Source of the DNA: Octopus vulgaris
Lineage: Eukaryota
NCBI GenBank assembly: GCA_951406725.2
Contig: OX597823.1
Coordinates: 79,546,001-79,610,000, forward strand
DNA length: 64,000 nucleotides
Direction of reading: 5' to 3'
Under the pieces are notes generated by a model that saw only the letters and a list, made by a program, of their open reading frames with translations, was not told the origin of the DNA and ran no database searches. Positions 26,200-40,104 of this stretch are shown here, one piece after another (within the stretch, counting starts at the first letter, position 1; every line of letters begins with the position of its first letter). A program made the position numbers and the translations under genes.

Positions 26200-26496
26200 G
26201 AGTTAAAAAGATGTATAAATGTCAATTCATTACGACCGTTTCGAGCGATTCCTTTAATTCCTGGAATCTGCACTTTGGAAAGTATCTTTATATAAAGTAC
26301 ATGTCTGAACAAACAAGAACGAATTTATCCACTGAGTTGGAGCGTGCCATCAGCACACACACTACATGAATATCGGGTGGGAAAATTCTATGTAGAGTTT
26401 AATACTTACCTAATACTGTCTGAGTTTGCAAATAAGTTTGTCCTAACAAGGTGCCTCAATTTAAGTACCTAATTCAAAAGAATCTAAATTACATCT

Positions 26497-26569
26497 TAGA
26501 CAGACAGACAAACAGACAGACAGACAAACAGACAAACAGACAGACAGACAAACAGACAAACAGACAGAC

Positions 26570-26662
<93 letters not shown>
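26497..26662. repeat. (GACA/AACA)n-(GATA)n compound microsatellite
   Basis: Direct reading. Confidence 0.95.
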
Positions 26663-26663
<1 letters not shown>

Positions 26664-26765
26664 ATATATTTTGATTTTCTTTCAGTTCTTCTTGAGAAAG
26701 TGCAAGCCGGTCGATAACAAAGCGACAAGACGATCTGAATTAAGAGAGTTTTCTCTGTTTGTAAA

Positions 26766-26984
26766 TACGAGAGTGCTGAAAAGTTCCTGGTTTTGGGTGA
26801 AAAAAAATACAGAAAGATCAGTTAATTATGATTTTATTCAACATATTTCCCTCTCAGATTCACACACTTATTGCAGCGGTCCTTCAGTTTTTCTAAGCCC
26901 TGTAAATGAACTCGGAAAGTTGGGCCTCCAGCCAAGCCTTTCAGGACACCCTTAAAGCTAGAAACTCTTTAGCACACCACCGTA
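26766..26984 (-). mobile_element. Mariner-derived MITE
   Basis: Imperfect TIRs tacgagagtgctgaaaagttcctggtttt / aaagctagaaactctttagcacaccaccgta with TA ends; internal minus strand RCNKCVNLRGKYVE* (mariner C-terminus). Confidence 0.85.
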
Positions 26985-27227
26985 TGTGGTAGAGTTGGTA
27001 TGTATCCATGTTTGTGTGTATCGTTATGCAATTCATTTGAGAATTAATTTGAATTTTGAAATTTATCTAAATTTGAATGCTTTTAATTTAATGCGTATCA
27101 TTTCACCTACCTCATATTTTTATAATTTCGTGTCTACATTCCAAGTCTTGTGGTCCTTTGTAATACGATATAAGCGGGTTTTTTAATCAAACAGAATTTA
27201 AAGATTCTTTCTTCATTATCTTCTCAT

Positions 27228-27281
<54 letters not shown>

Positions 27282-27529
27282 AACTGCTGCTGATACTGCG
27301 GCTACTATTACTCCTATTACTACTAATACTAATACTATTTTTGTTTTTATACGTTATTCCAAAATAAATCCCTTCGGAGACCCCCAAAATAATTTTTTTT
27401 TGGCAGAGAGGAAGATAGATTATGGTTACTGGGTTAAATTCCAAACATTCTAGTACAGCTATTCGCACACATGAATTGATTTGGACAACAACAAAAACAT
27501 TTATCGTCTGCTCCCAGACAAATGGTGCT

Positions 27530-28740
27530 GTACTAAACTAAATCGAGTACGCTGATTCCGAATCTGAACTCAGAATTGCTGTAGCTATGCGCATAATTAT
27601 ATATTGATATTATATTAGTATCAGGAATAGTTAAGTTCAAGGTAAATATTTATTATAATAGTATATTAGTACGGTATATAGTAAATTTATGTTCAAGGCA
27701 AATAGTATTATAATATAATGGTGCACAGTATATTTAAGTTAGGGGAATACTCACTTTATATTTGATATGCTCAGCTCAGAAATGTTTGAGACACTTGCTC
27801 TTGCGCTTATGTATAATGCTGGTCTCTCGTTGTAGGAACCAGCAGTAGTTACCCATCGTCTGTGGATTGAACCGGCCTTGATACCTCGTTTCCATCTCAG
27901 ATATGTCCAGGTGGAACCTCTCATCATGCTCATATTAAGGGCACCAAGATTCGTTTCTAAAAATCGAGATAAGAATGCAAGAAATGCATTTAAGCGACAT
28001 TTGGCATCCCATTCTTTCAAACACTGTTAGCATGTTGTTTATTAAATCAGCATTGTTTTCAGCTCTATGATTTCCAAAAAAATTTCTATACAATGAATAA
28101 ATTCCATGCCGTCAGCTCAACCGGATTCAGTTTAGCTCTGAATTTGCTATCAGACATCAATTCTCTGATCTCCGGTCCAATGAAAATACTTGCTTTCAGT
28201 TTTGCGTAACTTTTCTCAGCACCAAATTTTACTTTTTGATAACGGAACCCACAACCATCGTGTGTCATTGCTTTTACGAAGTTTTTCAGGTAACCGAGTT
28301 TGACCTGAAGGGATGGAAGGAAGATCTTTTGCGGATCTACCAGTAGTATATGCTGCACATTGTACCAACCAACTATGCGCTTACCTCTTCTAGGTCAGTC
28401 TATTTACAGTATAATGATTGCTGTCGTAGCAGTTGTTCCAAATACACAAGAAACACATACTATTGGTATATCCCAACTGCAGTTCTAGGAGGAAGGAAAT
28501 CACATTTAAATCACCATAAATATTCCGCTTATGAACTGAGTAATTAACTCCTTTCAGAATGAGTTCCATCGATTCATAAGAGTTTTCCATACCAACAACA
28601 TAACCCACAGAAATGGAAGGTTTTTCATTACCTTTATATAACAACACAGCTTTGAGGTTAACCTTACTCGAGTCTATAAACAATTTCCATTCGTTATTAC
28701 CAACGCCTTTTTGTAATGTTTGGAAAACTAAACTTTGCAA
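27530..28740 (-). pseudogene. Frameshifted DNA-transposon transposase (widespread WRLFIDSS / LPPLHIKLG / GERFHQD family; I recall it being classed as Tc1/mariner-m44-like)
   Basis: Segments WKLFIDSSKVNLKAVLL, GDLNVI..LQLGYT..CFLC, LVDPQKIFLPSLQVKLGYLKNFVKAM, GPEIR, MGCQMSLK, ERFHLDISEMETRYQGR, NYCWFLQRE across three frames. Confidence 0.85.
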
Positions 28741-28754
28741 AATTATATTAAATA

Positions 28755-28965
28755 TGGCTTTAGATTTTGACGCAAGGTTGGTAATTTCAAAGAAGGGACG
28801 AAGTCGATTATGTCGTCCTCAGGGCACATCTAGTACTTATGTTATCAACCCCGAAAAGATGAAAGGCAAAGTCGACGAGACGGCACTTGAACTCAGAACA
28901 TTATGCCGAAAGAAATACTGTTTAGCATTTAGATCGGTGCACTAGCGATTCTTCCAGTTCGAAGC
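28755..28965 (-). mobile_element. SINE family B (old)
   Basis: ccccgaaaagatgaaaggcaaagtcgac...tgaactcagaac. Confidence 0.75.
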
Positions 28966-30311
28966 CTTATTGCCGGATTATGTATAAATTTATAGTTCAT
29001 TCTTCGAATGGTGTATCATGCACATGCAACTTAGACACCACATGCAAAACACGCAACAATTCAATGACACAGAGCTAGCATCGCATCTCACTAACAGCCT
29101 TCACTTCGCATCTGGAATGGGCTTCAGCTCCTAACAATTTCTGCTACTCTAAAATCTCAGTGGAGATCCATAACTCAGAAGATATCCATAACTAAGAGGT
29201 GCTCCAACAACACACAAAGATATCCTAACTTGCATCCGGAAAAGTGCTATTCACAAAAGCCTTCCATGTTCTGACCTGCATGTACACTATCTGCTTTTTT
29301 TACTACTATTACGATGACGTTTATTTTTTGTAGTTGGCTTGGTTCATGTCGTCTCCACTCAGATATCTCTGGCACATTTCACACCCTTCTTCCTTTCACT
29401 CTTGTTGTGAACGACACCAAGCCCTTCTGATTACCCCCCTTCTTATGTCTTACCCGGTGATGTTGGCTTGCACTGTTTAAAGACGAACATTTAGCAGAAT
29501 TAATCTCACCAACTCCGCGGGAAGGTCTGAGAAGGCCGCTGAGGCTCTCCCTTTCTCCTAACCCAGCAATTTCAACTAAAGTATTACTTTTCAAGAAGAT
29601 GTGTATCTGAATAACTTATTAACTTTGCTATTCTGGACTCCTACTTCAAAAAATATACTCTAATATACATTCAGATAGTAATTTTCTTTTCTCTTATCGC
29701 TACATCGGTACATACAGCGAATTCCGCATTTTCGTGATGTAATAGTAAAACCAAGCATTTTGGGAATAGTGTCCCATACTTACCGAATGATTGAAAATAG
29801 TATTCGTTAATACATAATTTTGTTTTGCTCCCATCGCATTATTGTTTTCAGTAAACGTTGTAATTCTTTCTCTATTAAATATATTAACACTAACTCGGCT
29901 ACTAAAATATAGATTCCGTTGTCTGTAAGAAGTTTCAAAATGCTTGTCGAGCAAAATATGATTGATTATATTTACAGTTACAGCACGAGAGAGATTGTCT
30001 AACAATCTAAAACTCATCATACTCAAACAGAAAAACTTAAAAATATGTTGTGGATATTACAATTTAACGTCTATATTTATAGAACTCCCAGCTACATGGA
30101 GATGAAACGAGTAGAACTCTCGACTGAAAATGAGAAAAAAAACGAGTAATGATATGTCTGTTATATAAATATGGTTATCTCCTCACGAAACAAGCTCCAG
30201 GTAGGGAAGTAGATAAATTATTCACGTACGATGTTTAGGGAATTAAATTTTCTCATCTGTTACAGATGCAAACAATAACAATCTCAAAAATAGTCAGTGA
30301 ATTTGTTAACC

Positions 30312-30709
30312 CTTTTACACTTTTACTTGTTTCAGTCATTTGACTGTGGCCATGCTGGAGCACCGCCTTTAGTCGAGCAAATCAACCCCAGGGCTTATTC
30401 TTTGTAAGCCTAGTACTTCTTCTATCGGTCTTTTTTGCCGAACCGCTAAGTGACGGGGACGTATACACACCACCATCGGTTGTCAAGCGATGTTGGGGGG
30501 GGCAAACACAAATACATAAACACACACATATACATATACATATATACGACGGGCTTCTTTCAGTTTCCGTCTACCAAATCCACTCACAAGGCTTTGGTCG
30601 GCGCGAGGCTACAGCAGAAGACACTTGCCCAAGGTGCCACGCAGTGGGACTGAACCCAGAACCATGTGGTTGGTAAGCAAGCTACTTACCACAGAGCCAC
30701 TCTTGCGCC
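30312..30709 (-). mobile_element. SINE family A, full length
   Basis: Reverse complement of 3151-3550. Confidence 0.9.
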
Positions 30710-30864
30710 TGTTTTAACAAAAATAATGTTAACTGACAAGAAATAAAGGAAATTATTTTTTTGAGAGGATACAATTCTTTTATATATTAAGTATCCGTTC
30801 ATCAAAGCCTCAACAGCCAACGTTTTCTTTTCCATGTTCTTTAGAAGAGAAACAATCCAGGTAA

Positions 30865-31169
30865 ATTGTTGTTTGTTCCCTCTCGAACCATGTCTGACTC
30901 GTAGTGCTGGTTTCCTGGTTTCCTTGGCGTATAGGTTCCCCACCTGGACGGGACGCCGGTCCGTCGGAGGTGAGCTGCAAGATGCAAGAAGAAAGAGTGA
31001 GAGAAAGTTGTGGCGAAAGGGCCAGCAGAAGTTCGCCATTACCTTCTGCTGGAGCCGTGTGGAGCTTAGGTATTTCGCTCATAAACACACATATCGCCTG
31101 GCCTGAGATTCGAATCCGCGATCCCTCGACTGTGAATTTACTGCTCTAACCACTAGGCCATGTGCCTCC
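30865..31169 (-). mobile_element. SINE family C with MetaSINE-like tail (type 2)
   Basis: C-type head and core, then gacggaccggcgtcccgtccagg...gaaaccaggaaacc as in family D. Confidence 0.8.
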
Positions 31170-31578
31170 ACATCCAGGTAAAGTAAGGATCCAACAGTCC
31201 TATTCCAACACACATCAACTATTACTGCACTATGATCAGCTTATAAGCTCCACTTCAAGATTAAGCAACTACATTTGCACCCTAAAAACATCCGTCATCA
31301 ATACCAACAGTTAATATAAATAAATGCTGCTTCTTCACCTCTTAATATGATCGAAGTACACTAATTACATTTCTTATTGTTGCCGTTATTGATTTTCTTG
31401 TTGTTTAAACCACAGGTTAACCTGATTGAACAAACTTATGATGAACGACATACTAGCATCGACCAACCGACCTTTTACTCTGCCGAAAAGTACCCAAACC
31501 CACATTATCGAGAGTCAGTCTTTCATTCAAAATGCTTGGGTGTGATAATATAATCAGGAGAACGGTATGAGACATAAA

Positions 31579-32110
<532 letters not shown>

Positions 32111-32216
32111 TGTTTCTTCGTCATTCATACGTGCCATTCTTGCTACATTCACCCATCTTTTTTTAAAACATTCGCTAGACAAAACTTGCCTCTCTACTCT
32201 CACTTTCCTTTCCTTG

Positions 32217-32266
<50 letters not shown>

Positions 32267-32599
32267 CAGACAGACACACAGACAGAAATACAGATAGATG
32301 ATGCATAGACGGACAGAGAGAGAGAGAGAATACCTGTAACTGTTCACCTGTTTTTTTCTTCTTTTATTTTGTTTCTCCGTTGGCGGCTGCCAGAATCAGC
32401 AGCGGTTGAGCGCCAAAGAAAACGCATTGCAGTGTTTAGATTCCTCTCTGTACGTTCTGAGTTCAAATCTCTAGGGGGGAAACTTTGTTCTTCATTCCTC
32501 CTGGGCCTATAAAATAAATATCAGCTGTATTGAAGTTAATTCAAAAGACTACACCCTTCTAGGAAATTTGCGGCGTCCTGCCAATGTTAGAAGTCTTAT

Positions 32600-32736
32600 A
32601 TATGTGTGTGCGTGTGTGTGTGTGTGTGTGTGAGATTGTGTATACGTGCATACATCTATATATGTATGTATATGTCTGTAAATATATATGCATATAGATA
32701 TGTGTATATATGTCTATATATGTATATATATATATG

Positions 32737-32819
<83 letters not shown>

Positions 32820-32854
32820 TTATTATATGCATTTATATGTTGTTATATATAAAA

Positions 32855-32906
<52 letters not shown>

Positions 32907-33204
32907 ATATATGTATATGTATGTTTATATGCATATATGTATGCAGTATATATGTATGTATGTATGTATGTGTATATATATATTTAAACATATGTGTGTA
33001 TATGCATATATATGTACATATATAAATATATATGTGTGTGTGTGTATGCTTACACACACACACACACACACATACATACATACATACATACATACATACA
33101 CACATACATGCATACATACATACATACATACATACATACATACATACATACATACATACATGCATACATACATACATACATACATACATACATACATACA
33201 TACA

Positions 33205-33234
<30 letters not shown>
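32600..33234. repeat. Compound TA/TG/CATA tract
   Basis: Direct reading. Confidence 0.9.
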
Positions 33235-33236
<2 letters not shown>

Positions 33237-33380
33237 ATCTCCTTTTGGAATACATTTACGATCATGTTAGTTTGGAAACATGTAATTGCTATTTCCGCCC
33301 AGCACACACAACATAACTGCAGTAATTGGCATAAGATGTTTACAGAGATATAAATATATAAACAAGACGAGGAGGAGTGG

Positions 33381-33405
33381 AGTAGTAGTAGTAGTAGTAG
33401 TAGTG

Positions 33406-33473
<68 letters not shown>

Positions 33474-33678
33474 TGTAATAGTAGTAGTAGTAGTAGAAGA
33501 AGAAGAAGGAGATTATGGTGGTGATGATGTTAATGACGTTGGTTAAGGTGATGGTGTTCATGATGATAATGATGATGACTACAATGATCACGATGATAAA
33601 AAATGATGGTCTTGATGATGGCGATGATGATGATGATGATGATTATGATGATGAGGGTGACAACGACAATGATGATGA

Positions 33679-33712
<34 letters not shown>

Positions 33713-34545
33713 GGTGGTGATTGATGATGATGATGATGATGATGATAGTGACGACGACAATGATGAGGATGATGATGGTGATGATGATGATGGTAGTGGT
33801 GTTGGTGGTGTTGGTGGTGGTGGTGGTGGTGGTGGTGGTGATTGATGAGGATGATGATGATGATGATGATGGTGACGACGACAATGATGAGGATGATGAC
33901 GGTGATGACGAATCTGGCGCTGCTGCTACTACTAATTAAAGATACAGCCACGTGTATATATTTCCTGGAAAATGTGAATAAAGAATTAGAATTCAAAGCT
34001 AACACATTTTTTTTTAGTTTCCCCACCATTCGCCTCCTTCTTGTCTCAATCTGCAATCAAAAGTAAATTTACAACAACAAAAAATAAAAAAATAAACAAA
34101 ATACACGAAAATACATTTTTTTCCTTTCTTCGTTTTCATTTTTTTTCCCTCACAAACGTTGCTGCTGCTTCTGATGATGATGATGATGATGACCACGACC
34201 TCGCGACGACGACGATGATGGTCATGGTGGTGGGGATGGTGATGGTGGGGGTGGGGGTGCTGCTGCTGATGATGATGATGATGACCACGACATCGACGAC
34301 GACGACGAAGATGATGGTGATGGTGGTGATGGTGGTGGTGGTGTCGGCGGCAGTGGTGGTGGTTGTGGTGGTGGTGGTGGTGGTAATGGTGGTGGTGGTG
34401 GTGATGGTAGTGGTGGTGGTGGTGGTGGTGGTGGTGGTGATGGTAGTGGTGGTGGTGGTGGTGGTGGTGGTGGTGGTGGTGGTGGTGGTGGTGGTGGTGG
34501 TGGTGGTGGTGGTGGTGGTGGTGGTGGTAGTGGTGGTGGTGTTGC
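33381..34545. repeat. Trinucleotide field (GTA)n, (GAT)n, (GGT)n with a ~120-bp higher-order repeat at 33610-33910
   Basis: gtgac(a/g)acgacaatgatga recurs at ~33656, ~33748 and ~33872; explains the polyV/polyP/polyD/polyH ORFs. Confidence 0.9.
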
Positions 34546-34817
34546 TGATGTTTTTAAGTTAAAATTCAACGTTCATCAAGCAAGCCTACGATCAAAGACA
34601 AGCAAACCGTAGTAACGTTGGTTTTTTCCTTTCTGCTTTGTATTTTATTTATTTTATATATTTATTTATTTTTTCAGTCGGTAGTCTGCATATCGAAAGT
34701 ATTCATCCACTTTTTCTAAGGCACCAGAGCTATAATTTCTTCTCCCACTTTTCTTAAGACACTAGGATATACTTCAGAGAAGATTTAGCACTTATTTTGG
34801 CTGTGTGGTAAGATAAT

Positions 34818-35688
34818 AATAATAATAATAATAATTGTGTACAGTGCTCAGGTGCACTACAACTCATCTAAAGTGTATATATAATCAGGTGTAGTTTCGG
34901 CGGATTTCGGAAAGCATGAGGGCCTTAAAAGATGCAGTGTCATGGCAGTCAACAACTGACGCAGGCAGTTTATTCCATGCTTCAGCAACTCTGAGCGTGA
35001 AAAAATGTTTCCGAAAGTCATGGGAGCTGTATTGTTTTCTGACTTTGTAGGCATGTCCACGTGTGTTAGACGCATGGAGATCAAAAAGGTGTTCAGTGTT
35101 GTTGTTGGTGAGGTGGTTGATAACTTTGTGGGTGTTTACCAAGTCCGTCGCCAAACGCCGGAGCTTCAGTGAATCCATGCCCAGGGAAACAAGGCGCTCA
35201 GAATATGGTAGGTGTCTGATGGAGGGTATGCGTTTGGTTGCACGTCTCTGGACAGATTCCAGGAGGTCAATGTTCTGTGCAAGATAGGGGTTCCAAACTG
35301 ATGATGCGAATTCCAAGTGTGGTCGTACCATAGCTGTATACAGTTTTAAATAGATGGCTGGAGAGCGGCTAACAAAAGACCTGCTGAGTGATGCCAAGAC
35401 ACCCTCGGCCTTCCTGACAATCTTAGAGATATGCTTTGACCAACGCAAATCACTGCTGACAGTGATGCCTAGGTCACGCTCGCAAGAGGATCTCTTGATA
35501 TCAGTGTTGTGGAGGGAGTAAGTGAACGCAGTGTTTTTTCTCCCAAAATGCATGGTGGTACACTTGTCCACAGCCAGTTTCAGTTGCCAGTCTGTGATCC
35601 ATTGCTGCATTGTGTCTAGGTCTGATTGCAGGAAAGAGTTGTAGACATCAGGATCTGTCCTCTTGATTTCAAGGTACAGCTTGATGTC
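34818..35688 (-). mobile_element. 5'-truncated CR1-clade LINE (RT C-terminal region intact, short 3' UTR, (ATT)n tail)
   Basis: DIKLY...LQSDLD..QW..WQL..KC..MHFG...ERDLGI...VRPHLEFASSVWNP...LESVQRRATK...TRGH...FFTLRV..WNKLP; 3' hairpin agtgc-acctga-gcact; no stops from 35688 to 34885. Confidence 0.95.
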
Positions 35689-36065
35689 TTCCCAACCACA
35701 TGGTTCCAGGTTCAGTCCCACTGTGTGTGTGGCACCTATGCTATAGCCTCGGGCCGACCAAAGCCTTGTGATTGGATTTGGTAGACGGAAACTAAAAAGA
35801 AGCCCGTCATATATATGTATATGTATATATATATGTGTGTGTGTGTTTGTGTGTCTGTGTTTGTTCCCCTCAACATCGCTTGACAACCGATGTTGGTGTG
35901 TTTACGTCCCCGTAACTTAGCAGTTCGGCAAAAGAGCCCGATAGAATAAGTAAGAAGTAAGTACTAGGCTTACAAAGAATAAGTCCTGGGGTCGATTTGT
36001 TCGACTAGAGGCGGTGCTCCAGCATGGCCTCAGTCAAATGACTGAAACAAGTAAAAGAGTAAAAG
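35688..36065 (+). mobile_element. SINE family A split by the CR1 (first bases at 34798-34817)
   Basis: ggctgtgtggtaaga on the left of the LINE, cttcccaaccacatgg on the right. Confidence 0.9.
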
Positions 36066-36221
36066 AGAGAGAGAGAGTGAGTGACAGCGTTGCTGCTCTT
36101 TCGTTGCTTGGTCGTGTTTGTTCTGTCGCAAATCCACCCGGTTCGAGAAAACACATTTAGCTAAAGACATTGTAAGTTCAACCTTTCTGTCTTAATTTCA
36201 GGAACAGTACAACATCTAACG

Positions 36222-36468
36222 TGGAAGTGCGTGGCTTAATGGTTAGGGTGTCAGTATCATGATCGTAAGATCGTGGTTTCGATTCCTGGACCGGGCGACG
36301 CGTTGTGTTCTTGAGCAAAACATTTCATTTCACGTTGCTCCAGTCCACTCAGCTGACAAAAATGAGTAACGCTGTGATGGACTGGCGTCCCGTCCAGCTG
36401 GGGAACGCATACACCATTGAAACCGGGGAAACCGGGCTCATGAGTCTGGTTAGGGTTTAAAAGGGTGC
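36222..36468 (+). mobile_element. SINE family D (MetaSINE-like), full length
   Basis: A box tggcttaatgg, B box gtttcgattcc, gatggactggcgtcccgtccag and gaaaccggggaaaccgg. Confidence 0.8.
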
Positions 36469-36974
36469 AAAGAAAAAGGAAAGACAATATCTAACAGATA
36501 ACAACGTCTACTGAGCCCTATATGGTGAGAAGGGAATTTAACAGCTATTTTTGGCAGATTCCCTCCCTTGATTTTTTTTGTACACGTCTCGTTTATAAAA
36601 CGAGTCACTTCTTAGTATTTATGCTTCGTGGATAATGCCTTAATAATACGAGAACATGTCCGAAGTTGTATTCCTTGTTTATTGAAATAACTAGAATATT
36701 ATTCATAGCTTGATATTAGATGTTCTTTATCCTTTCAAGGATGAAGAAAAGTAAGTACCAGTCGAGCGCTGGTGTCGATATAATCCACTCAGCCTCACCC
36801 AGAAATTGCAAGCTTTAGGAAGCACTTTAGCTAAAGACATTGTTAGTACAACTGTTCTGTCTTAATGGTTGTACTTCTTTCAGGAAGACTTCAATTTGAG
36901 AAAGAATAAAGCACTGAGTTGATGTGTATGCACGTCTATGTGTGTGTGTGTGTGTGTGTTTGTGCGTACGTTTG

Positions 36975-37037
<63 letters not shown>

Positions 37038-37496
37038 CGTGCGTGTGTGTGTGTTTAGTTTGGCGTGTCAAAGTATACAGCCAACGTTTCCTCTGAGCGT
37101 CGTAAAAGGCAACTAAAGGAGGTTGAAGTAGATTTTGCACTCCGACCGCGTAAAACCCTCATCAGCAACGTCTACCCAAGCAGACACATAGGTTGAAGGT
37201 TGTTGCCTGAATGGTGCCAAGTATCATGAGCCAGGAGTAGAGAATCACCAAGTAACGGATGCACCGACGCGGTATTACACCTCATACACCCATACTACAA
37301 CTCCTATGCATGTGCCACGTCCTCGCGTTGTTGTTTTTTCTAGTCCTTTTTCTCCGTTTTTTTATTAACTATATATATATTTAAAAAATTAGCTAGAAAA
37401 GGAAAAATAGACGAAAACTGGGCGAAAACATAAAGGACAGAAAAAGGAGATAAAAATAGGATAGGAGGAACATTCGCAACTGACAGGATAGATCGG

Positions 37497-37672
37497 TAGC
37501 CACTACACACATTTTTTTCTCTCCTTGTTTCTTTCTGTGTTCCTTACTGTAGAAGATCGTAGGCTCGAAACATAAAAGACTTTTTCAATTCCTGAGCGTT
37601 ATACTAATACATCTGGGGTTTTTTTCTATACCATCTGTCTTCGTCTTTTCTGTTTTTTTCGTGAACTCTCCC

Positions 37673-37673
<1 letters not shown>
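37497..37673 (+). mobile_element. Penelope-like pseudo-LTR fragment with degenerate hammerhead motif (37539-37580)
   Basis: Same family as 5768-6060; ctgtaga-agatcgtaggctc-gaaacat. Confidence 0.6.
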
Positions 37674-37713
<40 letters not shown>

Positions 37714-37869
37714 CCTGTGTACTCAGTTGAGGTTTTATTCAATTAAAAACAGCCGTATATGTAGCGTACTTAATGTATGCACATTCTCGCTAGGCTAGTT
37801 TTTGCAGTATTTGTCTGAGAAAGCATCTTCATGACTCGTCGCAGTTTTTCGAAGTTCGCAAAATAATAT

Positions 37870-38065
37870 TTGTCTCAAATTCTCGCCCAAGGCCAGCATT
37901 TTCGAGGCAGGATAAATTGATTACATGGATCGCAGTTTTCAACTGGTACTTATTTTATCGACCCTGAAAGGATGAAAGACAAAATTTGAACTCAGAGCGT
38001 AAAGATGGATAAAATGCTGTAAAAATATTTTCCCAGCATGCTAGCGAAGATCCCAGCTCACCGCT
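37870..38065 (-). mobile_element. SINE family B (old)
   Basis: aactggtacttattttatcgaccctgaaaggatgaaag. Confidence 0.75.
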
Positions 38066-39294
38066 TTATCCATATAACAATATCATTAATCCCTTTCATC
38101 TACTTGCCACAAGATTCAGTACTTCATGGACTAACGTGTCGCAGAATGAAGATAAGATCATTTTGTTCATTGTATTATAACCGTCTGTTCTCTTAGTATT
38201 CGTTGTTTTTTTGGGCCTTCAGCTGTGGTTGTTGATTCTTCAGTTCTTCACCAATGTTCTTTTCCAATTCCTTTCACCATGAAGCAATCAAGTGGATTTT
38301 GCATCCACATATAGCAGTTGAGCATTCTGCTCTGCCCTGTTAGTCTAATCGCTTAACTTTCTTCCTCACACCGAGGTAAAACTTTAGAATAGCTCTGGAG
38401 TTGTGTGCTTCATCAGGACTTGCATATCAATGAAGAACCCACCCTAATTACATGTTACCTTCACAAGTGATGACATGCCTAACGTGAACATCACCATGAC
38501 CGAACATTTAGAACCATAGATTTTCTCCTATCACCCAACCACATCGGGTTACAAATACTGGCCATTGCTTCCTTAAACTATTCTTATGACGGAACAAGAA
38601 AACACTTCGATTTAAATAAAAAAGGAAGCATGTTATTTCTTGATTCTTTCTATGTTGGAATTCTTGAGGAAAGAAGCACTGCTCTTTGTAACACACCTTA
38701 ACCGTCTTTTTTTTTTACCTTTACAAAACTTAACGTTGGCTTGCAAAACTAGCAAAGTTCTCGTTATTACGTTTGTATCTAAATGTTATATCTTTTTTGC
38801 GGATTATAATACTAGAGTCTACGTTTATGTATTCGGTTTTTGGAATTCTCATGTTTATCTGTGTTTTTTTATGTAAAAAAAATCCTGTTTCCTTATTTAA
38901 ATGTCGTTTATATTTTTTTTGTCTTATTTTAAGTCTGTGTAATTATTCTCAAAGTTTTTTTGTTCAGGAGATGGTAGAATAGATGCTACTTTGCTTATGG
39001 CTAGCATCTTTCAATGTAACTGCTGAAGAAAAAGGAGCCATGCTGAAAAATGACTAAACAAATGTTTACAAATAATATAAAACATGAATCTGTCCAAGAA
39101 CAAGCTTTATGTTTTTGTGTTGTTTCTTATCGCAATGTAAGTAAGGTGGATGCTCAAATGTTCCGAAGCATTTTGTTTGGAGATAATCCAACAAAATTCT
39201 ATTTTCGTTATGTGGGACGTGGTAACTCCTAAACTCTGCTGGCATCGTGTTGGTTACACAAGCTCACCTCAGATCCGATAATAATAATAGAATC

Positions 39295-39370
<76 letters not shown>

Positions 39371-39432
39371 TAATAATAATAATAATAATGATAAATCTCA
39401 GAGCGAGTTATAAACAGTAGCGGTAACACATC

Positions 39433-39654
39433 GTGACGCATATTTGCCATTTGAATATGACTAACCCATAAGGGTGGATGCTACTGTAGTTTGTAGCCCC
39501 AGGAAGATATCTCCGCCAGATGGCTATAGACACACTATCTGGGCACAGATAGTGTGTCTATAGCCATCTGGCGGAGATATCTTCCTGGGGCTACAAACTA
39601 CAGTAGAATCCACCCTTATGGGTTAGTCATATTCAAATGGCAAATATGCGTCAC
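39433..39654. repeat. Near-perfect palindrome, 109-bp arms, 4-nt loop, flanked by (AAT)n
   Basis: 39433-39541 is the reverse complement of 39546-39654 with one mismatch; arm homologous to 55224-55310. Confidence 0.95.
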
Positions 39655-39655
39655 A

Positions 39656-39798
<143 letters not shown>

Positions 39799-39937
39799 CA
39801 ACAGTGTCTCTCAGAGTGTATACATATGTAATTCATATATATATATATAAAGCGGGATGGGGAAAGAGAGAATATGCGTGTTCGTGTTTATATCCGTTTG
39901 TATGAGTATGTTACATGTATGTATGTGTATGCATGAA

Positions 39938-40104
39938 CAGGGTCGGACCTAGGGTTGCTGGTACCCCGAGCAAGCTGAACTTCGGCACCATTACGAGTGT
40001 AATTTTGTAAAGCTTTCACAAAGAGAAAAACTGAAAATGTAGACTAAAAAGCAGATGGCGCCCCGTGCGACTGCCCGAGTTGTCGGTACTTTGAGCCGGC
40101 TCTG
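39938..40104. mobile_element. hAT-type MITE
   Basis: Imperfect TIRs cagggtcggac / gagccggctctg; 8-bp TSD tgcatgaa / tgtatgaa. Confidence 0.75.

Noticed and set aside
28970-30030. N-terminal continuation of the 27530-28740 transposase
   Set aside because: No family motifs could be recognised with confidence beyond the SINE B insertion.
33286-34569. PolyP, polyV, polyD and polyH ORFs (formin- or extensin-like appearance)
   Set aside because: Trinucleotide microsatellite field open in several frames on both strands; no splice or domain context.
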